From Nitrospina sp. (GTDB lineage: Bacteria; Nitrospinota; Nitrospinia; Nitrospinales; Nitrospinaceae): a stretch of DNA of 37,508 nt. This document shows, in pieces, positions 1 to 8,275 of the stretch. Position 1 is the stretch's first letter. Each line of letters begins with the position of its first letter. Position numbers and translations under genes: made by a program. The notes under the pieces were generated by a model, which saw nothing but the letters and a program-made list of their open reading frames with translations, searched no databases and had not been told where the DNA came from. The DNA lies in NCBI GenBank assembly GCA_004357365.1, contig SMVT01000005.1, positions 1-37,508 of the forward strand. The letters are read 5' to 3'.

Positions 1-387
1 ATCGATCCCCATGCGTTCGGCTTCGCTTTCGCAAAACACGGGAACCGCGCCCAGCCACAACAGGGGCACCACCGAGGCCCAGAACGTCGCCGACGGCACC
101 AGCACCTCGTCGCCCGGCTTCAGCCCCAGCGCGTAAAACGCCGCCAAGAGTCCCGCCGTGCCGTTGTTGTGCGCCAGCGCGTACTTGCGGCCGGTGAATT
201 CGGCATAATCCTTTTCCAGCTTGCGGATGACCGGATGCGTTGAAATGTTGCCGTCACGCATCACTTCGAGCACCGCCCGTTCATCTTCCTGAGTCAACAG
301 CGGCCAGCGGTTGGCCGGTGCATGGTCGGCGGTCACCGCCGGAACCCCACCCAGTATCGCCGGTTGGTTGTGTTTAACTTGCGTCAT
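1..387 (-). CDS. DegT/DnrJ/EryC1/StrS-family PLP-dependent (sugar) aminotransferase, first 129 codons; the rest lies beyond the window edge
   Basis: Absent from the ORF track because there is no stop inside the window. Hand translation of the reverse strand from ATG (387-385) gives MTQVKHNQPAILGGVPAVT...RKYALAHNNGTAGLLAAFYALGLKPGDEVLVPSATFWASVVPLLWLGAVPVFCESEAERMGID, open to position 1. This is the typical N-terminal layout of the family. Confidence 0.8.
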   Translation of the reverse strand, partial: MTQVKHNQPAILGGVPAVTADHAPANRWPLLTQEDERAVLEVMRDGNISTHPVIRKLEKDYAEFTGRKYALAHNNGTAGLLAAFYALGLKPGDEVLVPSATFWASVVPLLWLGAVPVFCESEAERMGID

Positions 388-408
388 GCGTCACCTCGCA
401 GAATCGGT

Positions 409-1926
409 TTAGGAATAGACTTGAGCCAGCACGCCGTCGAATCGGCGCTCCACGGCTTCTATATAATCCAGCACCAGCTTCCGGGCGATCACGGATTCCC
501 CACCGGAAAACTGCAAGGCCAGTTGTTCCAGATGGGGAACGTTCTCGTTATTTTTTCCCAGTCCCTCTCGCGGAACCCACTGGGAAATATTGGTGCGCCG
601 CCGCAGATAGTCTTCCAGATTCAGACAGCGTTCACCCTCGATACACCCTTTGAGCGAAGGCACTTTCTCCTGCAATCCGGGATAGGTATCCCACTCCATT
701 TCGGCAGGCGTGGACGCTGGGACGGGTAACCTCCGCTGGCCGGGAGCCACCAGGCCCCGGACCTGCTTCTCGACTTTTTCGGCGACCGAAACACAGCTGG
801 TGAACTTGCCGCCGTACACCGAAATCCAGGGCTTCAGCCGGTCCCGGTGGATTTGGTGTTTGCGGGAAAGGTTGAGGGGATAACACTCCTGCGAAAAATT
901 CTTTTTGACGACCAGCGGCCGAACTCCGCACCGCAGGGAAACCACGTCGGCGGGGTCGACCTGTTTTTTCAGGTTGCGGTTGGCGCGTTCCAGCAGGAAA
1001 TCCACGTCCTCCGGTTCGGTGCGCACGCCCCCCTCGATCGAGGGCAGACAGGTCTCCGTCGGGCCCCACAAAGCGACCGGACCCCAGGGGATGTAGGCCA
1101 GCACGTCGTCCTGCTCGCCCATATCGAAGATCAAGGGATAATTATGCCGGTCCTGCCGCTCGAGGCCGACAAACACCCCTTTGCTGAACACGTGCTTGAA
1201 GGGAGTTTCGATCTTAAACTGGCGGTTGACGGTATCGGTCCAAACCCCGGCGCAGTTGATGACACAGCGGCTTCGGGCCAGGCGCGCCCACCCCGTGACC
1301 TGATCGGTCAACGTCAACCGCCACAGCCCGTCCCCGGCATGGTACTCGCCCCCGGTGAGCGCGCAGTAATTGAGAGCGATGCCCTGCCGGGAATCCTGGC
1401 CGGTGATCCACCGCAGTACAAAGCGGCTGTCGGATTGATTTAAAACCGCTTCCTGATATAAAAAGGAAGGGTCGTGTTCGCCGTTTTTCAGGAACGCTTT
1501 TTCCGCGTAGGATTCCTCGACCCGTGGCCGCTCCCTTTGGCACAGGCCGAGCATCCAGTAAAAGTACAGGCCGGACGCCATGAGGTATTTGTTCAAGCCG
1601 GTCTCCCGCGAGGGGATGTAGCGGAACCGTGCGGGCGACACCTCACCTCCCAGATTGCGGATCATCGCCTCGCGGTCGCGCGACAACTGGGCCACGGTTA
1701 AAATATCCAGATTGCGCAGGTACAGCAGGCCCCCCCAGACCATCATGGCCGAGGCCTGGCTGGTGCCGCCGGCAAAATCTCCCTTGTCCACCAGCAACAC
1801 CCGGTAACCCTTCTGGCAGAGGTGATGGTAAAGACTGGCGCCGTTGATTCCGCCGCCGATGATGGTGGCATCAAAGGTTTCACGTTGTGCAATCTCCAGA
1901 TCGATGCTTCGCTGATTCTCACCCAT
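409..1926 (-). CDS. FAD-dependent oxidoreductase, glycerol-3-phosphate dehydrogenase (GlpD/GlpA)-like
   Basis: 505-aa ORF with an N-terminal Rossmann FAD motif, DATIIGGGINGASLYHHL...VLLVDKGDFAGGTSQASAMMVWGGLLYL, which closely resembles the GlpD N-terminus. Its stop is 21 nt after the start of the upstream aminotransferase on the same strand. Confidence 0.72.
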   Translation of the reverse strand: MGENQRSIDLEIAQRETFDATIIGGGINGASLYHHLCQKGYRVLLVDKGDFAGGTSQASAMMVWGGLLYLRNLDILTVAQLSRDREAMIRNLGGEVSPARFRYIPSRETGLNKYLMASGLYFYWMLGLCQRERPRVEESYAEKAFLKNGEHDPSFLYQEAVLNQSDSRFVLRWITGQDSRQGIALNYCALTGGEYHAGDGLWRLTLTDQVTGWARLARSRCVINCAGVWTDTVNRQFKIETPFKHVFSKGVFVGLERQDRHNYPLIFDMGEQDDVLAYIPWGPVALWGPTETCLPSIEGGVRTEPEDVDFLLERANRNLKKQVDPADVVSLRCGVRPLVVKKNFSQECYPLNLSRKHQIHRDRLKPWISVYGGKFTSCVSVAEKVEKQVRGLVAPGQRRLPVPASTPAEMEWDTYPGLQEKVPSLKGCIEGERCLNLEDYLRRRTNISQWVPREGLGKNNENVPHLEQLALQFSGGESVIARKLVLDYIEAVERRFDGVLAQVYS

Positions 1927-2340
1927 GGTTGACCTCCTCCTGGAGCGTTTGGAGCATCGGGAAGGAGAACCTCACCTGACACTCCCTGGGGTGGCCGGGC
2001 CCTCTCCTCCCGGTTTTCCATAAATCTACAACCTTGATAAACTTTTGTCAATGAATATTTTATTTTATATTTATTATTCCCATAGGGGCCTGGATTTGGA
2101 ATATTATTAACTTATTGATATATAAAGTTTTTCTTGATTCTTGTGGGCGGCGACGAAATTCCGATTTTCGGGGATTGGCGATCCACATCAGGCCTTCCGG
2201 GTCTCCTGCGCTTTCCGCCCCGGACTGGGTACCAGCCCGATCAACCTCTTTCGTCCGGTTTTTGATAAGATGGGCCTCTGTATGAAATTTACTGGGAAAC
2301 CCCAAATTCTCATTTCTCTTCCGGAGAGTCTCCTCTAGCC

Positions 2341-3012
2341 ATGATCGTTCGATTCGACGGGGTTTGTAAATATTTCCAAGCGGGCGGGCTGCGGATCGCC
2401 GCGCTTTCGGACGTCAGTCTGAGCCTGGAGAAAAAGGATTTCGTCACGGTGATGGGTCCCAGCGGCGGCGGCAAGACCACCCTGCTCAACTGCATGGGCG
2501 GCCTCGACACACCGGATGCAGGCGCCATCCACCTCAATGGCCAATTGCTTTCCGAAATGAAGGACCGCGAGTTGACCCAACTGCGGCGGCGTGAAATCGG
2601 TTTCGTGTTCCAGTTCTTCAACCTCATGCCCACCCTATCGGTCCTTGAAAACATCGAACTGCCGTTGTTGCTCAGTCACGCTGCGAAGGCAGGCAGGGAT
2701 CGCATTGCCGGATTACTGGATTACGTCGGCTTGACCCATCGCGCCCGGTCATTTCCCGCCGAGTTGTCGGGCGGCGAAATGCAGAGGGTGGCCATCGCCC
2801 GGGCGCTGGTACATCAGCCCTCCCTGCTGTTGGCGGACGAGCCGACCGGCAACCTCGATTCGGAAAACGGGATCAAAGTTCTCGATCTCCTCAAACAGGC
2901 CAACGAGGATTTCGAAACCACCGTGGTGGTGGCCACGCACAATCCCCAAGCGGCGAAGTACGGCAACCGCCACTTCGATATCCGCGACGGCAAACTCCAA
3001 ACCCTTAAATAA
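2341..3012 (+). CDS. ABC transporter ATP-binding protein (MacB/LolD/FtsE-like class)
   Basis: Walker A GPSGGGKTT, Q-loop, ABC signature LSGGEMQRVAIARAL, Walker B LLLADEPTGNLD and an H-loop (ATHN). Followed 24 nt later by an FtsX-type permease. Confidence 0.9.
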   Translation: MIVRFDGVCKYFQAGGLRIAALSDVSLSLEKKDFVTVMGPSGGGKTTLLNCMGGLDTPDAGAIHLNGQLLSEMKDRELTQLRRREIGFVFQFFNLMPTLSVLENIELPLLLSHAAKAGRDRIAGLLDYVGLTHRARSFPAELSGGEMQRVAIARALVHQPSLLLADEPTGNLDSENGIKVLDLLKQANEDFETTVVVATHNPQAAKYGNRHFDIRDGKLQTLK

Positions 3013-3036
3013 ACCGGAGAGGATCAACCGCCGACC

Positions 3037-5616
3037 ATGAGCTTTCTGATTTATTTCAAGGACCTGTTCACGGCGCTTATCCTGCGGCCTCTGGTGCGCG
3101 ATCCCTTTCGATTTGTCATCACCATTCTCGGGGTCGCCCTCGGCGTATCGGTATTTTTGAGCATCCAGCTGGCCAACCGGCAAACCATGTTGTCCTTCAG
3201 CGAAAGCGTCGACCTGGCGTTGGGGAAGGCCGATGCGGTGGTCGAAGCGGAAGGCATCCCTTTTGACGAAAAATATTTAAAAATTCTGGAAGAGCTTGGA
3301 GATGAGATACGAGCCTATCCGATCATTCGGGGATACGGCGTGGAGGTGGATAGCAACGAGGTGGTGGAATTTCTGGGGACCGACCTGCTGAAAGCCAACG
3401 GCATCCGCGACTTTTCCCTGAAAACCAAGCGCTCAAATTTTACAAGCCTGTTACCCCTTATCCTGGATCCCCGGGGCGTCATATTGCCGGAAAAGTTTAT
3501 TCCGGAAACCGACTTCAAACCCGGCGATCACGTCCATTTTCTAATCAACGGCAAGGTACAAAAGCTCAACGTGAACGGCATTCTGGAACACAAGGGTCTG
3601 GCCAAAGCGTTGGACCGGAATTTTGCGGTCATGCACCTGTTGGCCGCGCAAAAAGCCTTCGGCAAAATCGGAAAACTGGACCGGATTGACGTGGAGTTTC
3701 TAAAAGACAGGGATTTTGCCTTCATGCAACGAAAAATTTCGGAAGTGCTTCCCGGTTTCCTTCGGGTCGACCGGCCGGAACGCAGAAACCAGCAGGTCGA
3801 AAAAATGTTGCGCGCGTTTCAATACAATTTGACGGCGCTCAGTTTCGTCGCCCTGCTGGTCGGCCTGTACCTCATCTACAATATGATTTCCCTGTCGGTG
3901 GTGCGCCGGCGAACGGAGATCGGGACCCTGCGGGCGATGGGCGCCTCGCCGGGATTGATCGCTTCCATATTTTTGCTGGAAGCGGGAGTGATCGGGGTTA
4001 TCGGATCAGCCCTCGGTATCGCGTTGGGCTATTACCTGGCCCAATTTGCGCTGGATGCGGTGGCCATCACCGTCAACAATCTGTACGCTCCCACCCACGT
4101 GACCCAAGTGGATTTTCATTGGGATCAAATGGGCCTCTATTTCCTTTTCGGTGTCGGGTTGTCGTTCGTCTCGGCGGTCATCCCCGCCTGGGATGCCGCC
4201 ACCACGTCGCCCACCCAGGTCATGCGGCGCGGCAGTTACGATCTCAAAATTTTTCGCGGCAACCGCAAACTGACCGTCCTGGCTCTGTTTGTTTTTCTGC
4301 TGGCGGCGGTGTGTTCGCAACTCCCGGCCATCGCGCAGTTTCCTTATTTTGGATTCCTGGCGGTGTTCTTCATTGTGATGGGAATTTCCTTCCTGGCTCC
4401 CTCAGGCCTGCTGGTTCTGCGCGATCTTTCGCACGGACTGTGCAAACGCTGGTTTCAGGGCGAAGGCCTGCTGGCCAGCATGAACCTGGCGCAGAACGTG
4501 GGGCGCAACTCCATGGCGGTATCGTCGCTGGCGATCGCGTTCATGATGGTGATCAGCATGTCGATCATGGTGCACAGTTTTCGGCAGACGGTGGTGATGT
4601 GGATCAACCAGACCCTGCAAGCCGATCTGTTCGTCCGCGCCGCCGGGGGCAAGAATATTGATTACCAATACACCCTGCCGCTGGATAAAGTGGCCGCGCT
4701 CCGGGAAACACCCGGCGTGAAGGCGGTCGACCTGTTCCGCGCCATCCCTATTTCCTACCACGATGAGCCGGCCCTTCTCGGCTCGGGGGATTTCAACATT
4801 CTGTCGCGTCACGGCAATCTGGTGATCAAGCAAGGTCCGCCGGCCGGCGAGCTCGCCGAATTGTTGGTGGGATACAACCGCGCCATCGTGTCGGAATCGT
4901 TTTCACTGAAGCATCAGGTGGACACCGGGGACCGCCTGGCCCTGAACACCCCTTCCGGGCCTCTGGAATTGGAGATCGCGGCGGTTTACTACGACTATTC
5001 GCAGGAGCGGGGACTGATTATTATCGACCGCGGCACCTACCTGAAATATTACAACGATCCCAACGTCAACAGTTTCGTGGTCTACCTGCAAGATGCCAAA
5101 CATCTGCCGGAGGTCCGCAAGGAAATCATCCGAACCATCGGGAGTTCCGACCGGATTATCGTGCGGTCCAACGTGGAACTCAAAAAGGAAGTGCTGAAAA
5201 TTTTCGACAAGACCTTCGCCATCACTTATTCGCTGGAAATCATCGGCGTCGGCGTGGCGGTGCTGGGATTGTTCAACACGCTGATCTCGCTGATTATCGA
5301 ACGGCGGCGGGAAATCGGTATCCTGCGTTTCATCGGGGCGTTTCAGGAGCAGATCAAAAAAATGATTCTGATCGAGGCGGGACTGCTGGGAGTGATCGGC
5401 TCGGCGCTGGGCCTGGCCGCCGGGATCGTCGTGTCTTATCTGCTGATCTTCGTGATCAACAAACAATCGTTCGGCTGGACCATCCAGGTGTTTTTTCCTT
5501 ACACTTTTATACTGATCGCGGTGATTCTGTTCTGGATCGTCGCTTGCATGGCCGGGCTTTATCCCGCCCGCCTCGCCATGCGCCTCAACCCCAAAGAATC
5601 CGTCAGAGCGGAATGA
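3037..5616 (+). CDS. ABC transporter permease with two FtsX-type domains (YbbP/MacB-like fused permease)
   Basis: 859-aa ORF. The pattern (TM helix, large soluble domain, three TM helices) occurs twice. FtsX-like stretches RRRTEIGTLRAMGASP and RRREIGILRFIGAF. Adjacent to the ABC ATPase. Confidence 0.85.
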   Translation: MSFLIYFKDLFTALILRPLVRDPFRFVITILGVALGVSVFLSIQLANRQTMLSFSESVDLALGKADAVVEAEGIPFDEKYLKILEELGDEIRAYPIIRGYGVEVDSNEVVEFLGTDLLKANGIRDFSLKTKRSNFTSLLPLILDPRGVILPEKFIPETDFKPGDHVHFLINGKVQKLNVNGILEHKGLAKALDRNFAVMHLLAAQKAFGKIGKLDRIDVEFLKDRDFAFMQRKISEVLPGFLRVDRPERRNQQVEKMLRAFQYNLTALSFVALLVGLYLIYNMISLSVVRRRTEIGTLRAMGASPGLIASIFLLEAGVIGVIGSALGIALGYYLAQFALDAVAITVNNLYAPTHVTQVDFHWDQMGLYFLFGVGLSFVSAVIPAWDAATTSPTQVMRRGSYDLKIFRGNRKLTVLALFVFLLAAVCSQLPAIAQFPYFGFLAVFFIVMGISFLAPSGLLVLRDLSHGLCKRWFQGEGLLASMNLAQNVGRNSMAVSSLAIAFMMVISMSIMVHSFRQTVVMWINQTLQADLFVRAAGGKNIDYQYTLPLDKVAALRETPGVKAVDLFRAIPISYHDEPALLGSGDFNILSRHGNLVIKQGPPAGELAELLVGYNRAIVSESFSLKHQVDTGDRLALNTPSGPLELEIAAVYYDYSQERGLIIIDRGTYLKYYNDPNVNSFVVYLQDAKHLPEVRKEIIRTIGSSDRIIVRSNVELKKEVLKIFDKTFAITYSLEIIGVGVAVLGLFNTLISLIIERRREIGILRFIGAFQEQIKKMILIEAGLLGVIGSALGLAAGIVVSYLLIFVINKQSFGWTIQVFFPYTFILIAVILFWIVACMAGLYPARLAMRLNPKESVRAE

Positions 5617-5662
5617 TTCTCAATAATTAACAACCCTTTCACTACAGAGGACACAGAGACCC

Positions 5663-5702
5663 GCGTGACGCTGGACCTGATTCAGCTCCGGGCCTTGCCC
5701 GG
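5663..5702. repeat. intergenic repeat module A (hairpin-rich), inverted copy of 15656-15695
   Basis: gcgtgacgctggacctgattcagctccgggccttgcccgg matches the reverse complement of 15656-15695 at 37 of 40 positions (hand alignment). Confidence 0.85.
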
Positions 5703-5711
5703 ACGCAGATG

Positions 5712-5734
5712 CCTGTCCTGAGCTTGCCGAAGGG
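5712..5734. repeat. intergenic repeat module B, inverted copy of 14713-14735
   Basis: cctgtcctgagcttgccgaaggg matches the reverse complement of 14713-14735 (cccttcgacaagctcaggacagg) at 22 of 23 positions. Confidence 0.85.
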
Positions 5735-5801
5735 AATACAGATAAACACCGATGAAACATAAAACCCAGATCCTTCGTTTCACTCAGGATGACAATCTTG
5801 T

Positions 5802-7550
5802 TTAGCTTTGTTTTTCTTCCATGCTGGATCTAAGATCGAGGAGTTTGATTTCGATGGAGTCGCGGCCGCCCCAGGTGTTGCGGCGTATTTCGTACACCAG
5901 ATCGATGGGTGCGTGGGCGTCGATGGATTGAAATGCGTGGGCCAGGTTGAAGCCGATAACATTGCGGAAGTGATTGCCCTGGAACGCCCGGAAGCGGACG
6001 TGGTTGTCCTCGCGGCCAACGAACTTGACGTTGCGGGCCCGGACTTTACTCGATAAAAAAACCGGGACCTTGTTCATCTGCCCGAACGGTTCCAGGCTTT
6101 CAATTTCCTTGAACAGCTCCTGGGTGATGTCCTGCATCATCAGGGTAGCGTCCACCTGCAACTCCGCCACCAAGTTGTCCCTAGTAAGATATTCGTCGCC
6201 GACCCGGTTCATGGCTTTCCGGAATGCGTCCACGCGGCCTTCTTCGATGTTCAATCCGGCGGCATAGGCGTGGCCGCCGTACTGGATGAGATGTTCCGAA
6301 CATTGCGTCATCGCCTTGACCAGGTTGAACGACGGAATACTGCGCGCCGATCCTTTGCCAACGCCTTTTTGGAGCGCGATCAGGATCGCCGGCCGGTAAA
6401 ACTTTTCCGCCAGTTTGGAGGCGACGATGCCGATCACTCCCTGGTGAAAATTTTCCGACGCCAGCACGATGACATTTTCATTTTCCAGATCTACCTGCCG
6501 ATCCAGCAGATACTCCGCTTCCTCGTAACACCATTTCTGCGTTTCCTTGCGTTCCTCGTTCAATGCGTCCAGCGATTTGGCCATTTCCATGGCTTCGTTG
6601 AGGTCGGACGACACCAGCAGGTGCAGGCCGCGGTCCGGTTGACCCAGCCTTCCGGCGGCGTTCAGGCGGGGTCCCATGCCGAACCCCACGGAAGAAGAAT
6701 CGACTTTACCGTCGACACCGGCGACCGATTTCAGGGCGATCACCCCCGGCTTGACGCTGTTGCGCAAAGCTTCCAGGCCATGCGCCGTGAGCACATGGTT
6801 TTCGTCGATCAGCGGCGCCATATCGGCGATGGTGCCCAAGGTGAACAGATCGAGATGTTTTGTGAGGTTCGGCAGGCGGTCTGCCTCCCACCCCGCGTCC
6901 AGCAGGCCCCGGCGAATGCCCTCCGCCAACTTGAACACGATGCCAACGCCGCTTAGAAATTTGAACGGGTACGTGCAGTCGGGTTGGTGCGGATTCAACA
7001 CCGCCAGCGCATCGGGCAATCCTTCCTCGGCGATTTGATGGTGGTCGGTCACGATGACCTCCATGCCGATCTTGTTGGCATGCGCCACTTGCCGGAGTGC
7101 GGTCACCCCGGTATCCGCCGTAATGACGAGGTTACAGCCGCGCGCCTTGATGGTGTCCAGCGCCTGCTCGTTGAGGCCGTAGCCCTCCTCCATGCGGTTG
7201 GGCAGGTAAAAATCGAACGGCGCGTCCAGTTCGCGGAAGAAATGCACCATCAGCGCGGCGGAAGTCACGCCGTCCACATCGTAATCGCCGTACACAGTGA
7301 CGGTCTCCCGGTTCTGGATGGCTTCAACGATGCGCCGGACGGCCACATCCATTCCCCGCATCAAAAAAGGATCATGGACATGATCCAGCTGGGGGTTGAG
7401 GAAAAAGCGGGCCTCTTCCGGATCCCCGAGACCGCGGTTGACCATCAGGCGGGCGAGAAAGGGAGATACTTCCAGCGCCTCACACAACCGGTCGACCGAG
7501 GCGGTTTCCGGATTCGCAAAAATCCATTTTTTGTTCAATGCCGACAGCAT
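5802..7550 (-). CDS. recJ: single-stranded-DNA-specific exonuclease RecJ
   Basis: DHH/DHHA1 motifs (VYGDYDVDGVTS, ITADTGV, VTDHH, GGHAYAAG). I place the start at ATG 7550 (MLSALNKKWIF...), 16 nt after the rnhB stop. The longer track ORF (to 7697) would overlap rnhB. Confidence 0.9.
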   Translation of the reverse strand: MLSALNKKWIFANPETASVDRLCEALEVSPFLARLMVNRGLGDPEEARFFLNPQLDHVHDPFLMRGMDVAVRRIVEAIQNRETVTVYGDYDVDGVTSAALMVHFFRELDAPFDFYLPNRMEEGYGLNEQALDTIKARGCNLVITADTGVTALRQVAHANKIGMEVIVTDHHQIAEEGLPDALAVLNPHQPDCTYPFKFLSGVGIVFKLAEGIRRGLLDAGWEADRLPNLTKHLDLFTLGTIADMAPLIDENHVLTAHGLEALRNSVKPGVIALKSVAGVDGKVDSSSVGFGMGPRLNAAGRLGQPDRGLHLLVSSDLNEAMEMAKSLDALNEERKETQKWCYEEAEYLLDRQVDLENENVIVLASENFHQGVIGIVASKLAEKFYRPAILIALQKGVGKGSARSIPSFNLVKAMTQCSEHLIQYGGHAYAAGLNIEEGRVDAFRKAMNRVGDEYLTRDNLVAELQVDATLMMQDITQELFKEIESLEPFGQMNKVPVFLSSKVRARNVKFVGREDNHVRFRAFQGNHFRNVIGFNLAHAFQSIDAHAPIDLVYEIRRNTWGGRDSIEIKLLDLRSSMEEKQS

Positions 7551-7566
7551 TCCAAACTCCAAAAAG

Positions 7567-8178
7567 TTATTCCGGGCGCGGGGGCCAGTATTCCGCCACG
7601 CCTTTAAACGTTTTCCGGTGAATGGGACAGGGGCCGTACTCCCGGATGCGTTCCTTGTGCAGGCGGGTGCCGTATCCCTTGTGCCGGGAAAATTCATATC
7701 GCGGGTACTGCTCGTGGTACTCCTCCATCAGCCGGTCGCGCGTCACCTTCGCCAGCACCGACGCGGCGGCAATGGAGAGACGGGTGTCGTCCCCGCCGAT
7801 AATAGTTTTCTGGTGCGTCTCGCATTCGATGCCGCGGTTGCCGTCGATCAACAGCAGATCGGGCTCCAGGGGCAGTTGCTCCACTGCGCGCTTCATGGCC
7901 AACAGCGCGGCCTGCAGGATGTTGATCTCGTCGATGGTGGTTTCATCGACACGGGCGATTCCGAATCCTGTGCATTGCGCGATGATCTGGTTGAACAGGC
8001 GTGCGCGAAGAGTCGGGGACATTTTTTTGGAATCGCGCAAACCGGGCAGGGAAATATCCCGAGGCAACACCACAGCGGCGGCCACCACGGGACCCGCCAG
8101 AGGCCCGCGCCCCGCTTCGTCCACTCCCGCCACTGAACGATATCCGGAATGTTCCGCTTCCATTTCGTGGTCCCGCAT
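7567..8178 (-). CDS. rnhB: ribonuclease HII
   Basis: Motifs VAGVDEAGRGPLAGPVVAAAV, DSKK, IDG and HKGYGT. The start is set at ATG 8178, preceded by AAGGAG with 6-nt spacing. The track start at 8226 is a TTG with no ribosome-binding site. Confidence 0.9.
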   Translation of the reverse strand: MRDHEMEAEHSGYRSVAGVDEAGRGPLAGPVVAAAVVLPRDISLPGLRDSKKMSPTLRARLFNQIIAQCTGFGIARVDETTIDEINILQAALLAMKRAVEQLPLEPDLLLIDGNRGIECETHQKTIIGGDDTRLSIAAASVLAKVTRDRLMEEYHEQYPRYEFSRHKGYGTRLHKERIREYGPCPIHRKTFKGVAEYWPPRPE

Positions 8179-8240
8179 CGGCCACTCCTTTGCGCCGATA
8201 ATAAGTGATTCGCCGGGGGCTGGCAATAAAAAAGTGGCCG

Positions 8241-8269
8241 TTGAAAAGTAAGGTGGTGAATTCTATAAT
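8241..8269 (+). promoter_or_regulatory. sigma70-like promoter TTGAAA-N17-TATAAT for the M48 lipoprotein gene; predicted transcription start coincides with the ATG
   Basis: TTGAAA at 8241-8246, a 17-nt spacer, TATAAT at 8264-8269, then caattc and ATG at 8276. No Shine-Dalgarno can fit between the -10 element and the start codon. Confidence 0.45.
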
Positions 8270-8275
8270 CAATTC

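Noticed and set aside
7551-7697. 49-codon N-terminal extension of recJ in the ORF track
   Set aside because: It would overlap the rnhB 3' end. The conserved RecJ N-terminus starts at MLSALNKKW (ATG 7550). The same logic was used to trim ffh (13529-13741), rplS (9650-9697), bcp (34570-34641), the coiled-coil gene (36933-37004) and queC (13601-13621).
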